Assembly: GCA_039028615.1 (NCBI GenBank)
Contig: JBCCHT010000016.1
Span: 96,001 to 160,000, forward strand
Direction of reading: 5' to 3'
DNA length: 64,000 nucleotides
Source: Myxococcota bacterium
Lineage (GTDB): Bacteria > Myxococcota_A > Polyangia > Nannocystales > Nannocystaceae
Notes under the pieces: generated by a model
What the model was told of the DNA's origin: nothing
Database searches by the model: none
The model's input: only the letters and a program-made list of their open reading frames with translations
Made by a program: the position numbers and the translations under genes
Shown: positions 19,337 through 27,786 of the stretch, piece by piece
Layout of the letters: each line of letters begins with the position of its first letter
Position numbering within the stretch: position 1 is the stretch's first letter

Positions 19337-20430
19337 AGGGAAACTCCCAGGCTCGCGGTGAGCTCGAGCGCGGTCACGGCATCGAGCCCCACGAACGCGC
19401 GGTAGCCATAGTGACCCACCGCGGCCAACCCTCCGACGTTGAGCACCACGGAGTCGCTCACGGGCCAGCGGCCATCGAACATGGCGCCGCCGCGCACGTT
19501 CCACATCGGCGACAGCTCGCGGTCGCGGGTCACCCAGCCTTGCGAGGGCACCGAGGGGTAGGCCACGCGGTAAAAGTCCGCACCGCCTTGGGTGTAGCCG
19601 CGGCCTTCGAGGCCGAGGGTGATGGTCGGGGTGGGCCGCACGCGTACGTCGAGCTGGGCCGTGTGCCCCAGCACGCCCCAGCTGTCTGCGTACAGGCGAT
19701 AGGCCCCGCCCATCGACCAGCGCGAGCTCAAGGCCTGACGGAGCCGAGCGACCCCGGCGACTCGCAGGCGTCGTCCCGGGTGTTGCTCGGGGATGCACAG
19801 CCCGACCGCGTCGGCGCACACGCCCGAGGCCCCCAGCGAGACCCAGCGGTAGGGGCTGGCGAGGTAGCCCCACTGTCCGCGGACCTCGGCCGAGGCCTGG
19901 GCGAGGGTGGTGGGCGTGAGCACGTGCGTGTAGCCGAAGTACAGCCCGCCGTAGCCGATGGTGCGGCGGAACCCGGGGTCGCCCGCACGCCCCACGATGT
20001 CGCCGCCAGCAAAGGCTCGAGCATCGAAGGTCACCGTGCGCTGGAGCGCGTCCGCCTTCACCGACACCGCGCCGCTGTTGGACAGGTAGTCGTTCTCGTG
20101 GGAGATGCGATAGCCGACGGTCGCGACCCCCATCGACCAGTCGCGGTCGAGGCCGAGCCCGACCTCGTCGCGCTGCTCGTGAACCACGGGCGAGGCGGCC
20201 GTGCGCACGTCGATGGATGCGCTGCTCCACGCGTCCATGGCGTAGACCACGTCGACGTGGCTGTGTTCGTCGACGATCGGTGCCCGCACCCTCACTCGCG
20301 GCGAGATCACCGTGGTGTGGTCGGTGTCCGCGCGCACGTACAGGCTCGCCGCGGCCTCGTAGCGCTCGGGCTCCGCCTCGGGGGCCAGCCACGCCACCAC
20401 GGCCACCAGCCACATGTGAAAGAGCTTCAC
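19333..20430 (-). CDS. DUF3570-family outer-membrane beta-barrel-like protein
   Basis: DAWSSASIDVRTAAS, SHENDYLS, GYLASPYRWV, PEQHPGRR, YRLYADSWGV and TRDRELS motifs. Confidence 0.8.
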   Translation of the reverse strand: MKLFHMWLVAVVAWLAPEAEPERYEAAASLYVRADTDHTTVISPRVRVRAPIVDEHSHVDVVYAMDAWSSASIDVRTAASPVVHEQRDEVGLGLDRDWSMGVATVGYRISHENDYLSNSGAVSVKADALQRTVTFDARAFAGGDIVGRAGDPGFRRTIGYGGLYFGYTHVLTPTTLAQASAEVRGQWGYLASPYRWVSLGASGVCADAVGLCIPEQHPGRRLRVAGVARLRQALSSRWSMGGAYRLYADSWGVLGHTAQLDVRVRPTPTITLGLEGRGYTQGGADFYRVAYPSVPSQGWVTRDRELSPMWNVRGGAMFDGRWPVSDSVVLNVGGLAAVGHYGYRAFVGLDAVTALELTASLGVSL

Positions 20431-20477
20431 CGTCTTCGTCCCCGATGTGGCCTCGCCACGGAGCCGACTAGACCCTC

Positions 20478-20496
20478 ATTGAAAAAGATAATCAAG
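20478..20496. promoter_or_regulatory. Fur-family-like box 4
   Basis: ATTGAAAAAGATAATCAAG in the divergent spacer between DUF3570 and the 20505 operon. Confidence 0.6.
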
Positions 20497-20504
20497 TTCG
20501 ATAA

Positions 20505-20981
20505 TTGCTTCAGCTCGTGGGAGACGTCGTTACCCGGTGGGCGCTCGGGCTGACTCTCGTGGCCGCCGTCGGTGGTTGCGACGACGTCGAGGACGCCTCG
20601 GTGCCCGCGCCCGACTACGACGCGTTCGAGCGCGACGTGTATCCCATCTTGTTGCGAGACTGCGGGTTCCCGGCGTGCCACGGCAACGAGGGGCGCCCCT
20701 TTCGAGTGTACGGTCCGGGGCGCTTGCGGCTGTCCGAGGAGTCCGAGGCCGACGATCCGCCGACCAACGACGAGGTGTGGCTGTCCTATCAGCGCACGCG
20801 CTCGATGTTGGTGACCAGCGAGCCCATCGAGGCGTCGTTGTTGTTGCGGAAGGTGTTGCCCGAAGGAGGGCACCGCGGGGTCGATGCGCTCGGGCGCTCC
20901 GTGTACCCCGATGCGCTCGACGAGTCCTACCTGATCCTCGCGCGCTGGGCGGCCGGAGAGCTGAGGTACGGAGACCAATGA
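20505..20981 (+). CDS. Lipoprotein with an atypical Cx4CH motif
   Basis: Lipobox VGGC, FERDVYPILLRDCGFPACHG, SLLLRK...H.G. The start may be GTG 20517. Confidence 0.7.
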   Translation: MLQLVGDVVTRWALGLTLVAAVGGCDDVEDASVPAPDYDAFERDVYPILLRDCGFPACHGNEGRPFRVYGPGRLRLSEESEADDPPTNDEVWLSYQRTRSMLVTSEPIEASLLLRKVLPEGGHRGVDALGRSVYPDALDESYLILARWAAGELRYGDQ

Positions 20982-21682
20982 TCCACCGCGGACACTGGTT
21001 CGTGCTCGTGTTCGTCGTGCTGTGCATGGCCGGGTTCTCCACGCCGGCGTTGTTCGGCGAGCCCGCCACGGCAGGTGGCGGAGGCGGCCGCTACTTCACC
21101 GGCTCGGCCCGCGATGGCTTCGGCTGCGACGTCTGCCACGAGGGCAGCCTCGGCACGGGCGTCGAGGTCACGGGCCTGCCCGAGGTGTGGCGGCCCGACG
21201 CGACGTACACGTTGGAGCTGCGGTGGGCGGCGGAGCTGGGCACCGCGTCGTTCGTGGGCGAGGTGGTCGACGACGAGGGGCGCGGCATGGGCACGATGGC
21301 CACCCCGCCGCCCAGCGAAGTCCTGGCCGACGAGCGCTGCGCCAGCGGCACCCTGGCCGTTCGCTTGCAGGAACTGCCCGAGGACGAGCGTGCGGTGTTC
21401 ACCATGCCCGCGTGTGGAGCCACGCGAGCGCGGGTGCAGTGGACGGCGCCCGACTTCGACGAGGGGTCGGCGTGGGTCCACATCGGCTTCGTCCACGGCG
21501 ACGACTCGAGCTCGCCCCAGGGCGACCGGGTCCAGATGATCTCCCACGAGCTGCCTTCGGTCGCGACCCGCGAGGCTGGCTGTCGAGTGGGCACGGGATC
21601 GCGTTCGACGGTGGGCATGGGGTTGCTCGCTTGGCTCTGCCTACTCGGCTTGGGCTGGCCTCGGACCAGGAGACGACGATGA
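20978..21682 (+). CDS. Exported protein with CxxCH, a Reeler-like domain and a MYXO-CTERM-like tail
   Basis: FTGSARDGFGCDVCHEG, VQWTAP and C-terminal GC...hydrophobic...RRRR. ATGA-coupled to the previous gene. Confidence 0.7.
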   Translation: MIHRGHWFVLVFVVLCMAGFSTPALFGEPATAGGGGGRYFTGSARDGFGCDVCHEGSLGTGVEVTGLPEVWRPDATYTLELRWAAELGTASFVGEVVDDEGRGMGTMATPPPSEVLADERCASGTLAVRLQELPEDERAVFTMPACGATRARVQWTAPDFDEGSAWVHIGFVHGDDSSSPQGDRVQMISHELPSVATREAGCRVGTGSRSTVGMGLLAWLCLLGLGWPRTRRRR

Positions 21683-22782
21683 CCGGGATCTGGACCCGCC
21701 CCGCGGGGCGCTACTTCACCAACGGCGGTGACACCAAGCTCGCGCGACTCCTTCGCCACTACGAATGGACGGAGACGCCGCAGGCCAACGACGCGGACCT
21801 GCTGCTGCTCGGCTCGCCCCGCCACTTGTCGGAAGTGACCCGTCGCCCGAACCAGCGGGTGGACTGCGTCGCGGGGACCGAGCAGCTCACCCACAAGGCC
21901 AACCTCGCGCGCCTGTTGCGGGCCGATCCGCGCACGGCGGCTCTTCAACCCGAGACCTATCTCGTCGACGAGAGTCCGCTGGAGCGCGCGCGCCTGGCCG
22001 AGCGAGCCCGGGCCGAGCCCGACGCCGTATGGATCCGCAAGCCCGTGGCGCGGGGGCGTGGCATCGGGGTGCAAGTGCTGACCGACGTCGAGGGCTTCCT
22101 GCGCGAGTCGGCCGAGCGAGCCCATGGCTCCGAGCTGGTGCAGCGCTACATCGAGCAGCCGCTGTTGCTCGAGGGGACGAAATCGGAGGTGCGGTCGTAT
22201 GTGCTGGTCGCGAGCACCGATCCCCTGCTCGTGCTCTATCACGACGGCACGGTGCGCCTGACCAGCTTGCCCTACGAGACTGGCGATTGGTCCAACCCGC
22301 TGCGACATGTGACCAATACCTACCGGCAGAAGGAGGCCTCGGCGTCGCTGTGGAGCGAGCGTGGCGACGCCCTCAAGTGGACGCTGGGGCGCCTGGGGCA
22401 GGATGTGCACGCCCGCGGCCTCACCGATGACCCACAGTGGATCGATCGTCGCCTGCGACCCGCGCTCATCGGCATGCTGCACCAGGTCTTCGCGGTCGCG
22501 GCTCCGCACCTGCGGCCGCAACCCGGTGCCTTCCAGCTGCTGGGTATGGACACGATCATCGAGGGCGACCTCGAGAAGTTGTGGCTCACCGAGATCCAGC
22601 TCGGGCCCGGGTTGTCGATCGACAATCCGGTCAAGGCCACGTTGATCCCGTCGATGCTGCAGGAAGCGGTCTCGATCGCCCTGGAGGTCCACGACCGGAT
22701 CGAGGCGGGGCTCGATCCCACCGAGCTGAGCAGTCGTCGGCACTTCCGCTGGGTCTATCGCGGGCAGCCGGTCACGGGCTGA
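21679..22782 (+). CDS. Tubulin-tyrosine ligase (TTL/TTLL)-like ATP-grasp ligase
   Basis: LTHKANL, QPETY, WIRKP..GRGIGV, VQRYIEQPLLLEG.K.EVR.YVLV, HVTN, FQLLGMD and LWLTEIQLGPGL. ATG 21679 overlaps the upstream stop. Confidence 0.85.
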   Translation: MTGIWTRPAGRYFTNGGDTKLARLLRHYEWTETPQANDADLLLLGSPRHLSEVTRRPNQRVDCVAGTEQLTHKANLARLLRADPRTAALQPETYLVDESPLERARLAERARAEPDAVWIRKPVARGRGIGVQVLTDVEGFLRESAERAHGSELVQRYIEQPLLLEGTKSEVRSYVLVASTDPLLVLYHDGTVRLTSLPYETGDWSNPLRHVTNTYRQKEASASLWSERGDALKWTLGRLGQDVHARGLTDDPQWIDRRLRPALIGMLHQVFAVAAPHLRPQPGAFQLLGMDTIIEGDLEKLWLTEIQLGPGLSIDNPVKATLIPSMLQEAVSIALEVHDRIEAGLDPTELSSRRHFRWVYRGQPVTG

Positions 22783-24919
22783 GCGCGTCGGTGATTCGAT
22801 CGACGAGCACGGGGACGTCGTCGTCGCTCACGCCGACCAGCCCGATGCGAAACTGCTGGGGGTCGTCGCTCGCGGCCGGGTACAGCTCGATGCCCTGGCC
22901 GCGGAGGCCTTCGATCAACGTCGCGGCCGGGATCTCGGCGCATCGCATGGCCAGCACGAGCGGCATCCGATGGGGGGCCTCGACGACGGGTCGAACACCC
23001 ACCGCGGACAGGCCCTCGACGATGGCGAGGGACCGCCGCCGATAGGCCGCCCCGCGTGCCGCCGGACCGCCCTCGGCCGACAGCTCCTCGAGCGCCACGT
23101 CCAGCGCCCGGATGGCCCCGGTCGCGCTGGTGAACGGACTCTGCCCGTCCTGCTCGAGGCGTCGCCAGTGAGCGGCGAGGTCCAGGGTTGCGCTCGGGCC
23201 TCCGGGAGCGGCCTCGAGCAGCGAGCTCCGGGTGAACACCAAGCCGAGACCGGCCGGGCCGTGGAGACCCTTGGCGGCGGAGGCAAAGGCGACGTCGATG
23301 CCCAGGGCGGGAAGATCGATCGGGGTCAGCCCCAGCGAACCCACGATGTCCACCGCCATCGCCACGCCGTGACGCCGAGCGACGGCGGCGATCGACTCGA
23401 TGGGGTGCAGGACGCCGGTCGAGGTCTCCGCGTGCACGAAGGCCAGCCACTGAAGGCCGGGTTTTGCGGTCAGGGCGTGGTCGATCACCGCAGGGTCGAC
23501 CGGGCGATCCCGCGGGACCTCGACGGGCACGACTTCGTGGCCCCAGCGGCGAGCCATGGCCGCGATGCGGGCCCCGTAGCGCCCGGCGACGACCACCGCG
23601 ATGCGCCGCTGCGTGGGGAGCAGCGAGCCCACGATCGCATCGAGGGCCGAGGTGGCGCTCCCCGCCAGCGGCACGCAGGCGTAGTCGTCGTCGGCGACCA
23701 TCTCGACCAAGGTCCGTCGAACCCGCGCGGTGCTCTGCGTCTGAGCCTCCGAGCGGGAGCCGACTTCGCGGCCCATCGCGCGCTGTGCAGCCAGCGAGAG
23801 TCGGCCGGGACCCGGAGTGAACAGCCGCGGGCCGACGGCCGAGCCCGGCTCGGTCGCGACGTCCCTGCGGGAGCCGGGTCGCGGCGGCACGGGGTCGGCG
23901 TGTGCTTCGATCTCGACATGCACGAGGGCAGGCCCGGGACGGGGATCGACGAGCGCGGCTTCCAGCTGGGTCGCGTCGGATACGGAGACCCCGCGACGGT
24001 AGCCGAGCGCCCGCCCCAGCGCGGCCCGATCGCTTCGACCCCATGGCGTGGACGTTCCCCCGACCGACTCGTGGCAGCCGTTGTCGAGCACCACGTGGAC
24101 GAAGTTCATGGGGGCTCGTCCCGCACTCACCACGGCCGAGCCCAGGTGCATGAGCGCCGCGCCGTCTCCTTCGATGCACACGACGGGGCGGGCGGGCTCG
24201 GCGAGCGCCAAGCCGAGGGCGAATGAGATGCCGTGGCCCATGCCTCCCGCGGCGAGCACGTCGTCGGCCGGCTCTGGGCGACGCGAAGCGAGTTCGCGTC
24301 CGACGTAGCCGACGCCCGCCACGAGACGCGCCCGCGGATCGATGACCCGTACGAGCGTGGCAATGGCGTCGCCCCGACCGAAGCCGTCTCGCTGGGGTCG
24401 CGGGGGCACGGTGAACGTGCCCGGGGTCACCAGTAGCGCGGTGGAGCGGCCATCGGCGTCGAGTCGGCGATACGCTTCGGCGACGGCATCGTCGATCCCC
24501 GCCGGGTCGCGAGGGAGACGATGGACCCGGAGCCCCGCCTGATGGCACATCGCTTCGGTGTACTCGCCGTGCCAGCGATGATGGGCGACGTCGGGCACCT
24601 CGGGGTGACCGCGCCATCCCACGATCCAGGGCACGGCCGCATCGAGCACGTCGGGGCCGACCAGTGACCCGTGCGCATCGATGGCGATCCCCAGGCCCGT
24701 GTTCTGCAAGTACACGGCCGCTCGCACTCCGCCCCGTCGCAAACCACTGGCCAGGGCGACCGCGCCGCCTTCGTTGGCGGCCACGATATGCCGAGCGCCC
24801 GTCGCAGCGAACCGTTCACCGAGCTGCGGCAGGGTGGAGTCGGGCACGCCCACCAGCGCCTCCACGCGGGCGTTGGCCAGGGCCTCGACCAGGGCGCCGA
24901 TATCGACCGAGGGGATCAT
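22772..24919 (-). CDS. Fused phosphonopyruvate decarboxylase / 2-aminoethylphosphonate aminotransferase
   Basis: N-half: GVPDS, ANEGGAVALASG, GWRG, GGMGH, GDGAALMHLG, DNGCHESVGG. C-half: LFTPGP, FVHAETSTGVL, SAAKGLHG (class V PLP). One uninterrupted frame. Confidence 0.85.
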   Translation of the reverse strand: MIPSVDIGALVEALANARVEALVGVPDSTLPQLGERFAATGARHIVAANEGGAVALASGLRRGGVRAAVYLQNTGLGIAIDAHGSLVGPDVLDAAVPWIVGWRGHPEVPDVAHHRWHGEYTEAMCHQAGLRVHRLPRDPAGIDDAVAEAYRRLDADGRSTALLVTPGTFTVPPRPQRDGFGRGDAIATLVRVIDPRARLVAGVGYVGRELASRRPEPADDVLAAGGMGHGISFALGLALAEPARPVVCIEGDGAALMHLGSAVVSAGRAPMNFVHVVLDNGCHESVGGTSTPWGRSDRAALGRALGYRRGVSVSDATQLEAALVDPRPGPALVHVEIEAHADPVPPRPGSRRDVATEPGSAVGPRLFTPGPGRLSLAAQRAMGREVGSRSEAQTQSTARVRRTLVEMVADDDYACVPLAGSATSALDAIVGSLLPTQRRIAVVVAGRYGARIAAMARRWGHEVVPVEVPRDRPVDPAVIDHALTAKPGLQWLAFVHAETSTGVLHPIESIAAVARRHGVAMAVDIVGSLGLTPIDLPALGIDVAFASAAKGLHGPAGLGLVFTRSSLLEAAPGGPSATLDLAAHWRRLEQDGQSPFTSATGAIRALDVALEELSAEGGPAARGAAYRRRSLAIVEGLSAVGVRPVVEAPHRMPLVLAMRCAEIPAATLIEGLRGQGIELYPAASDDPQQFRIGLVGVSDDDVPVLVDRITDALSP

Positions 24920-25830
24920 TGTTGGTCGATGAAGCGCAGCAGATCGGCGAAGGGCACACAGTCCGATTCCACCGCGTCGGCTCGGCCCTCTCGAAGGAGG
25001 GTCTGCGCCGTGTGCTGCATCGTCGCCAGTGCGGCTCGCAGCAGTTGGTTGGCGTACACCACCACGTCGATCCCCGCCTCGACCAGCTGCTCTTCGTGGG
25101 CATCGGGATAGCCGGTCGGCACCGCGAAGAGCGGGACTCGGATGTCGCTGGCTCGACAGCGGCGAGCCACCTCGAGCACCGGATCCGCGCTCGGGCCTCG
25201 GCCGTGGATGAGCAGCGCGTCGGCCCCCGCTCCCACGTATGCGTGGGCTCGCTCGAGCGCCGCCTCCACCGATTCCCCACGCAGCAGAGACTCGATACGG
25301 GCGACGACCAGCGGTCCATGGGGAGGCCGAGCCGCGACGGCGGCTTGGAGCTTGGTGCAGAACGAGGCGATGCTCGCGGCGGGCTGGTGCACGTCGGCGG
25401 CCGCTTCCAACGAATTGCGCTTGCGCCCCGCTTTGTCTTCGAACACGACGGCCGCGACGCCTAGCCGAGCCAGCCGCCGCACGAGACCAGCGGCTTGCTC
25501 GGGCCACCCCCCCGTGTCGCCGTCGAACACGGCCGGCAGGGGCGAAGCATCGAGAGTCCACGCCAGCGAGGCGAGCCGCGAGCCCAGGTCGACCATCTCT
25601 TCGTCGGGCTGAGCCCGCGTCGCGGAGTCGGCGAGGCTGCCGACCCACAAACCATCGAAGCGCCGCTGTTGCGGCCCGTTTCCCACGACCGCGGTCGCGG
25701 CGACGCGAGCCGAGAGTCCATCGTGGGCTTGGAGGAGCCGCAGAGGCCGTGGTCCCTCGGCCAGCCGACGGCGCAACGCCGCGGCGCCCGAGATGTGCTC
25801 ATTCGCCGGTGGCGGCGTCGTCGTCGTCAT
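24916..25830 (-). CDS. pepM: Phosphoenolpyruvate mutase
   Basis: AHDGLSA, DGDTGG, EDKAGRKRNS (EDK-x5-NS PepM signature), ARIESL, ADALLIH and VYANQLLRA. Start 25830 or 25842. Confidence 0.92.
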   Translation of the reverse strand: MTTTTPPPANEHISGAAALRRRLAEGPRPLRLLQAHDGLSARVAATAVVGNGPQQRRFDGLWVGSLADSATRAQPDEEMVDLGSRLASLAWTLDASPLPAVFDGDTGGWPEQAAGLVRRLARLGVAAVVFEDKAGRKRNSLEAAADVHQPAASIASFCTKLQAAVAARPPHGPLVVARIESLLRGESVEAALERAHAYVGAGADALLIHGRGPSADPVLEVARRCRASDIRVPLFAVPTGYPDAHEEQLVEAGIDVVVYANQLLRAALATMQHTAQTLLREGRADAVESDCVPFADLLRFIDQQ

Positions 25831-26173
25831 CGTCTTCGTCATCGCCGGTCCCCATGCCGCCGAGGTCCGGCAGTGGCGGGAGGCTGTCGTCGTCGGCCGC
25901 ATCGTCGCCGTTGCCGGTCGTGTCGCCTTGGGGCGCGCCGCTGGTCGTCGAAGACGGGCGGCCGCCGCTCGAGTCGGCCATGCCGTCGGCGCCGCCGGTT
26001 CCCGCACCCGTACCCGTCGCTGCGTCGCCTCCCGAGCTCGTGCCGCCGGTTTGTTCCCACGGCGGCGTCGAGTCGTCGCCCCCCGTGGCCGTGGCTTCGT
26101 CCGGGCCGTTACCGCAGCCCGAGATGAGCGAGGCGATGGCGGCGAGATCGACGATTCGTTCCTTGATTGGCAT
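25799..26173 (-). CDS. Small low-complexity lipoprotein with an acidic C-terminal tail
   Basis: Lipobox LISGC, G/T/S/D-rich body, ends DDEDDDDDDAATGE. Confidence 0.6.
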   Translation of the reverse strand: MPIKERIVDLAAIASLISGCGNGPDEATATGGDDSTPPWEQTGGTSSGGDAATGTGAGTGGADGMADSSGGRPSSTTSGAPQGDTTGNGDDAADDDSLPPLPDLGGMGTGDDEDDDDDDAATGE

Positions 26174-26182
26174 ATTGAACTC

Positions 26183-27310
26183 TCACGGGCAGGGGGTGAG
26201 CACCATGACGTCCTCGAACGAGGGGCTCGCGTGGTGCTTCACCTGGCAACGGGCGGCGGTGGAGAACACCACCCCCGAGACGGGGCCGCGGGGGGCGCCC
26301 TGGTTGGAATTGTCTTCGGTGACCTCGAAGCGGACGACGTATTCGCCGGCTGGCATCACGTTGACGCCCGAGTCTCGTAGGTCCCACTCGACCAGGCGCG
26401 AGTGGTGCGACGACGCGGTCGCGGCGGTGATGGCATCGACCCGGTCGCCGAGCGAGCGCGAGAACCACGCCACGAGGTGCTCGCGGCGAACGTTGCCCCA
26501 CACTGAAAGCGAGCGCACGAACTGGCCCTGGATGTCCTCGATCCAGATCGCGCCCACGTTGTCGGGGGCATAATTGCCGCCGTAGGAGCCCGTGCGTAGC
26601 TGAATCATGACCACGTCGTTGGCCGGGGCGCCGTTCAGGCGCCGGAGCCGAGCGTCGAACACCACGTCCGGGGTGCCGCGCTGGTGAATCTCTGCCGCGA
26701 GCACGTGCGGCCCCTCGGCGGTGGCCGGAGGCGCGGGCAGGGCGATGAAGTAGGTGTAGCCATCGACGCTCTGGACTTCGTCGGGGACGGATGCGCTGGA
26801 GCCGGAGGTTCCGGGGGCGACGTTCCAGCGACCGACTTCGACGCCATCGAGGTAGGCGATCGCCCCGTCGTCACGGCGCAGGCGAAGCTCGAGGATGTCC
26901 TCGGGAGCGAACTCGGCATCGAAGGTATGTCGCAGATAGACGGAGCGACCGTCGCCGGGCCACTCGCTCGTGACGTCGTAGCCCGAGCCCAGCGGAGCCT
27001 CTCGCTCCTCCCACGCCGCATCGTCGAAATCCACCGCGGTCCAGCCCGAAGCCGGCGCCGCCGTCACGCGCCAGCGTGCTCCGCTGGGGACCAGCGTCGA
27101 GCCTGGGACTCCGCCATCGTCGCCTCCGCCCGCGCTGTCGAGTCCGTCCAGGCCACCCCCGGCCGGACCGCCGTCGCCGAAGCCGGTGGTCCCCGAGTCG
27201 GCTGCGGGCGCATCGGGGGCCAGCGGTTCTTCGATCGACAGGCCGCCGCTCTCGCAGCTAGCGATGAGAGCGAGGATCGAGGACACGACGACGGTGCGGA
27301 TCAGTTGCAT
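26183..27310 (-). CDS. DUF2271-domain lipoprotein
   Basis: Lipobox IASC, a beta-sandwich region, then AIWIEDIQGQFVRSL...VDAITAAT...WDLRD...GEY. Confidence 0.8.
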   Translation of the reverse strand: MQLIRTVVVSSILALIASCESGGLSIEEPLAPDAPAADSGTTGFGDGGPAGGGLDGLDSAGGGDDGGVPGSTLVPSGARWRVTAAPASGWTAVDFDDAAWEEREAPLGSGYDVTSEWPGDGRSVYLRHTFDAEFAPEDILELRLRRDDGAIAYLDGVEVGRWNVAPGTSGSSASVPDEVQSVDGYTYFIALPAPPATAEGPHVLAAEIHQRGTPDVVFDARLRRLNGAPANDVVMIQLRTGSYGGNYAPDNVGAIWIEDIQGQFVRSLSVWGNVRREHLVAWFSRSLGDRVDAITAATASSHHSRLVEWDLRDSGVNVMPAGEYVVRFEVTEDNSNQGAPRGPVSGVVFSTAARCQVKHHASPSFEDVMVLTPCP

Positions 27311-27570
27311 CCGCACCCGCCTCCACCGCCGCCCCAACCACCGACGGACGCTTCGCGATACTCGTCGGCGTGGTCCTGACCGGCCGCGAGATCGGCGGGT
27401 CGCTCGAGCGTCATGTCCGGTTGGGCGAGTCGTCCACGCTGATACGGCGACACCGTGACGCATCCACCGAGGGCCAGTGCAGTCCCGATCAACCCGGCGC
27501 GTAGGGCCCGGGCTCGAACCGTTCGCACTCCAATGCGGACGGGCTCGAGGAAGTGGCGGACGAGGTGCAC
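27301..27570 (-). CDS. DUF4266-family small lipoprotein
   Basis: GGCVTVSPYQRGRLA..DM...REAS.GG.GGGGGGCGCN. Confidence 0.85.
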   Translation of the reverse strand: MHLVRHFLEPVRIGVRTVRARALRAGLIGTALALGGCVTVSPYQRGRLAQPDMTLERPADLAAGQDHADEYREASVGGWGGGGGGCGCN

Positions 27571-27592
27571 TGCGTTGGACGATATTGATTTA

Positions 27593-27611
27593 ATTGAAAA
27601 TGTAAATCAAA
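27593..27611. promoter_or_regulatory. Fur-family-like box 5
   Basis: ATTGAAAATGTAAATCAAA upstream of the DUF4266-DUF2271-pepM run. Confidence 0.6.
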
Positions 27612-27786
27612 ATTGATTGGATCCTCACCATTAAAACGATGTTCATTGGCTATATTCGAGCAAAGGTGCCCTCTGTGGTCGAATTTTGACTTGAGGATTC
27701 ATCAAGAAAGCGCTGCTTGGGCTCACACGGCACCGCCACGAGTGCTGCGTAGCCGTCGTGCGACGCGTGGTCACGATGATGGGCGG

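Noticed and set aside
17708..20413. 901-aa ORF as one protein
   Set aside because: The N-terminal part overlaps DUF3570 in another frame and reads as Arg/Gly-rich shadow. The real start is near GTG 19336.
11714..27570. Selenoproteins near selA (UGA readthrough in TlpA or DUF4266)
   Set aside because: The redox motifs are plain Cys (CGPC, CGC) and I saw no in-frame UGA with a SECIS-like hairpin.
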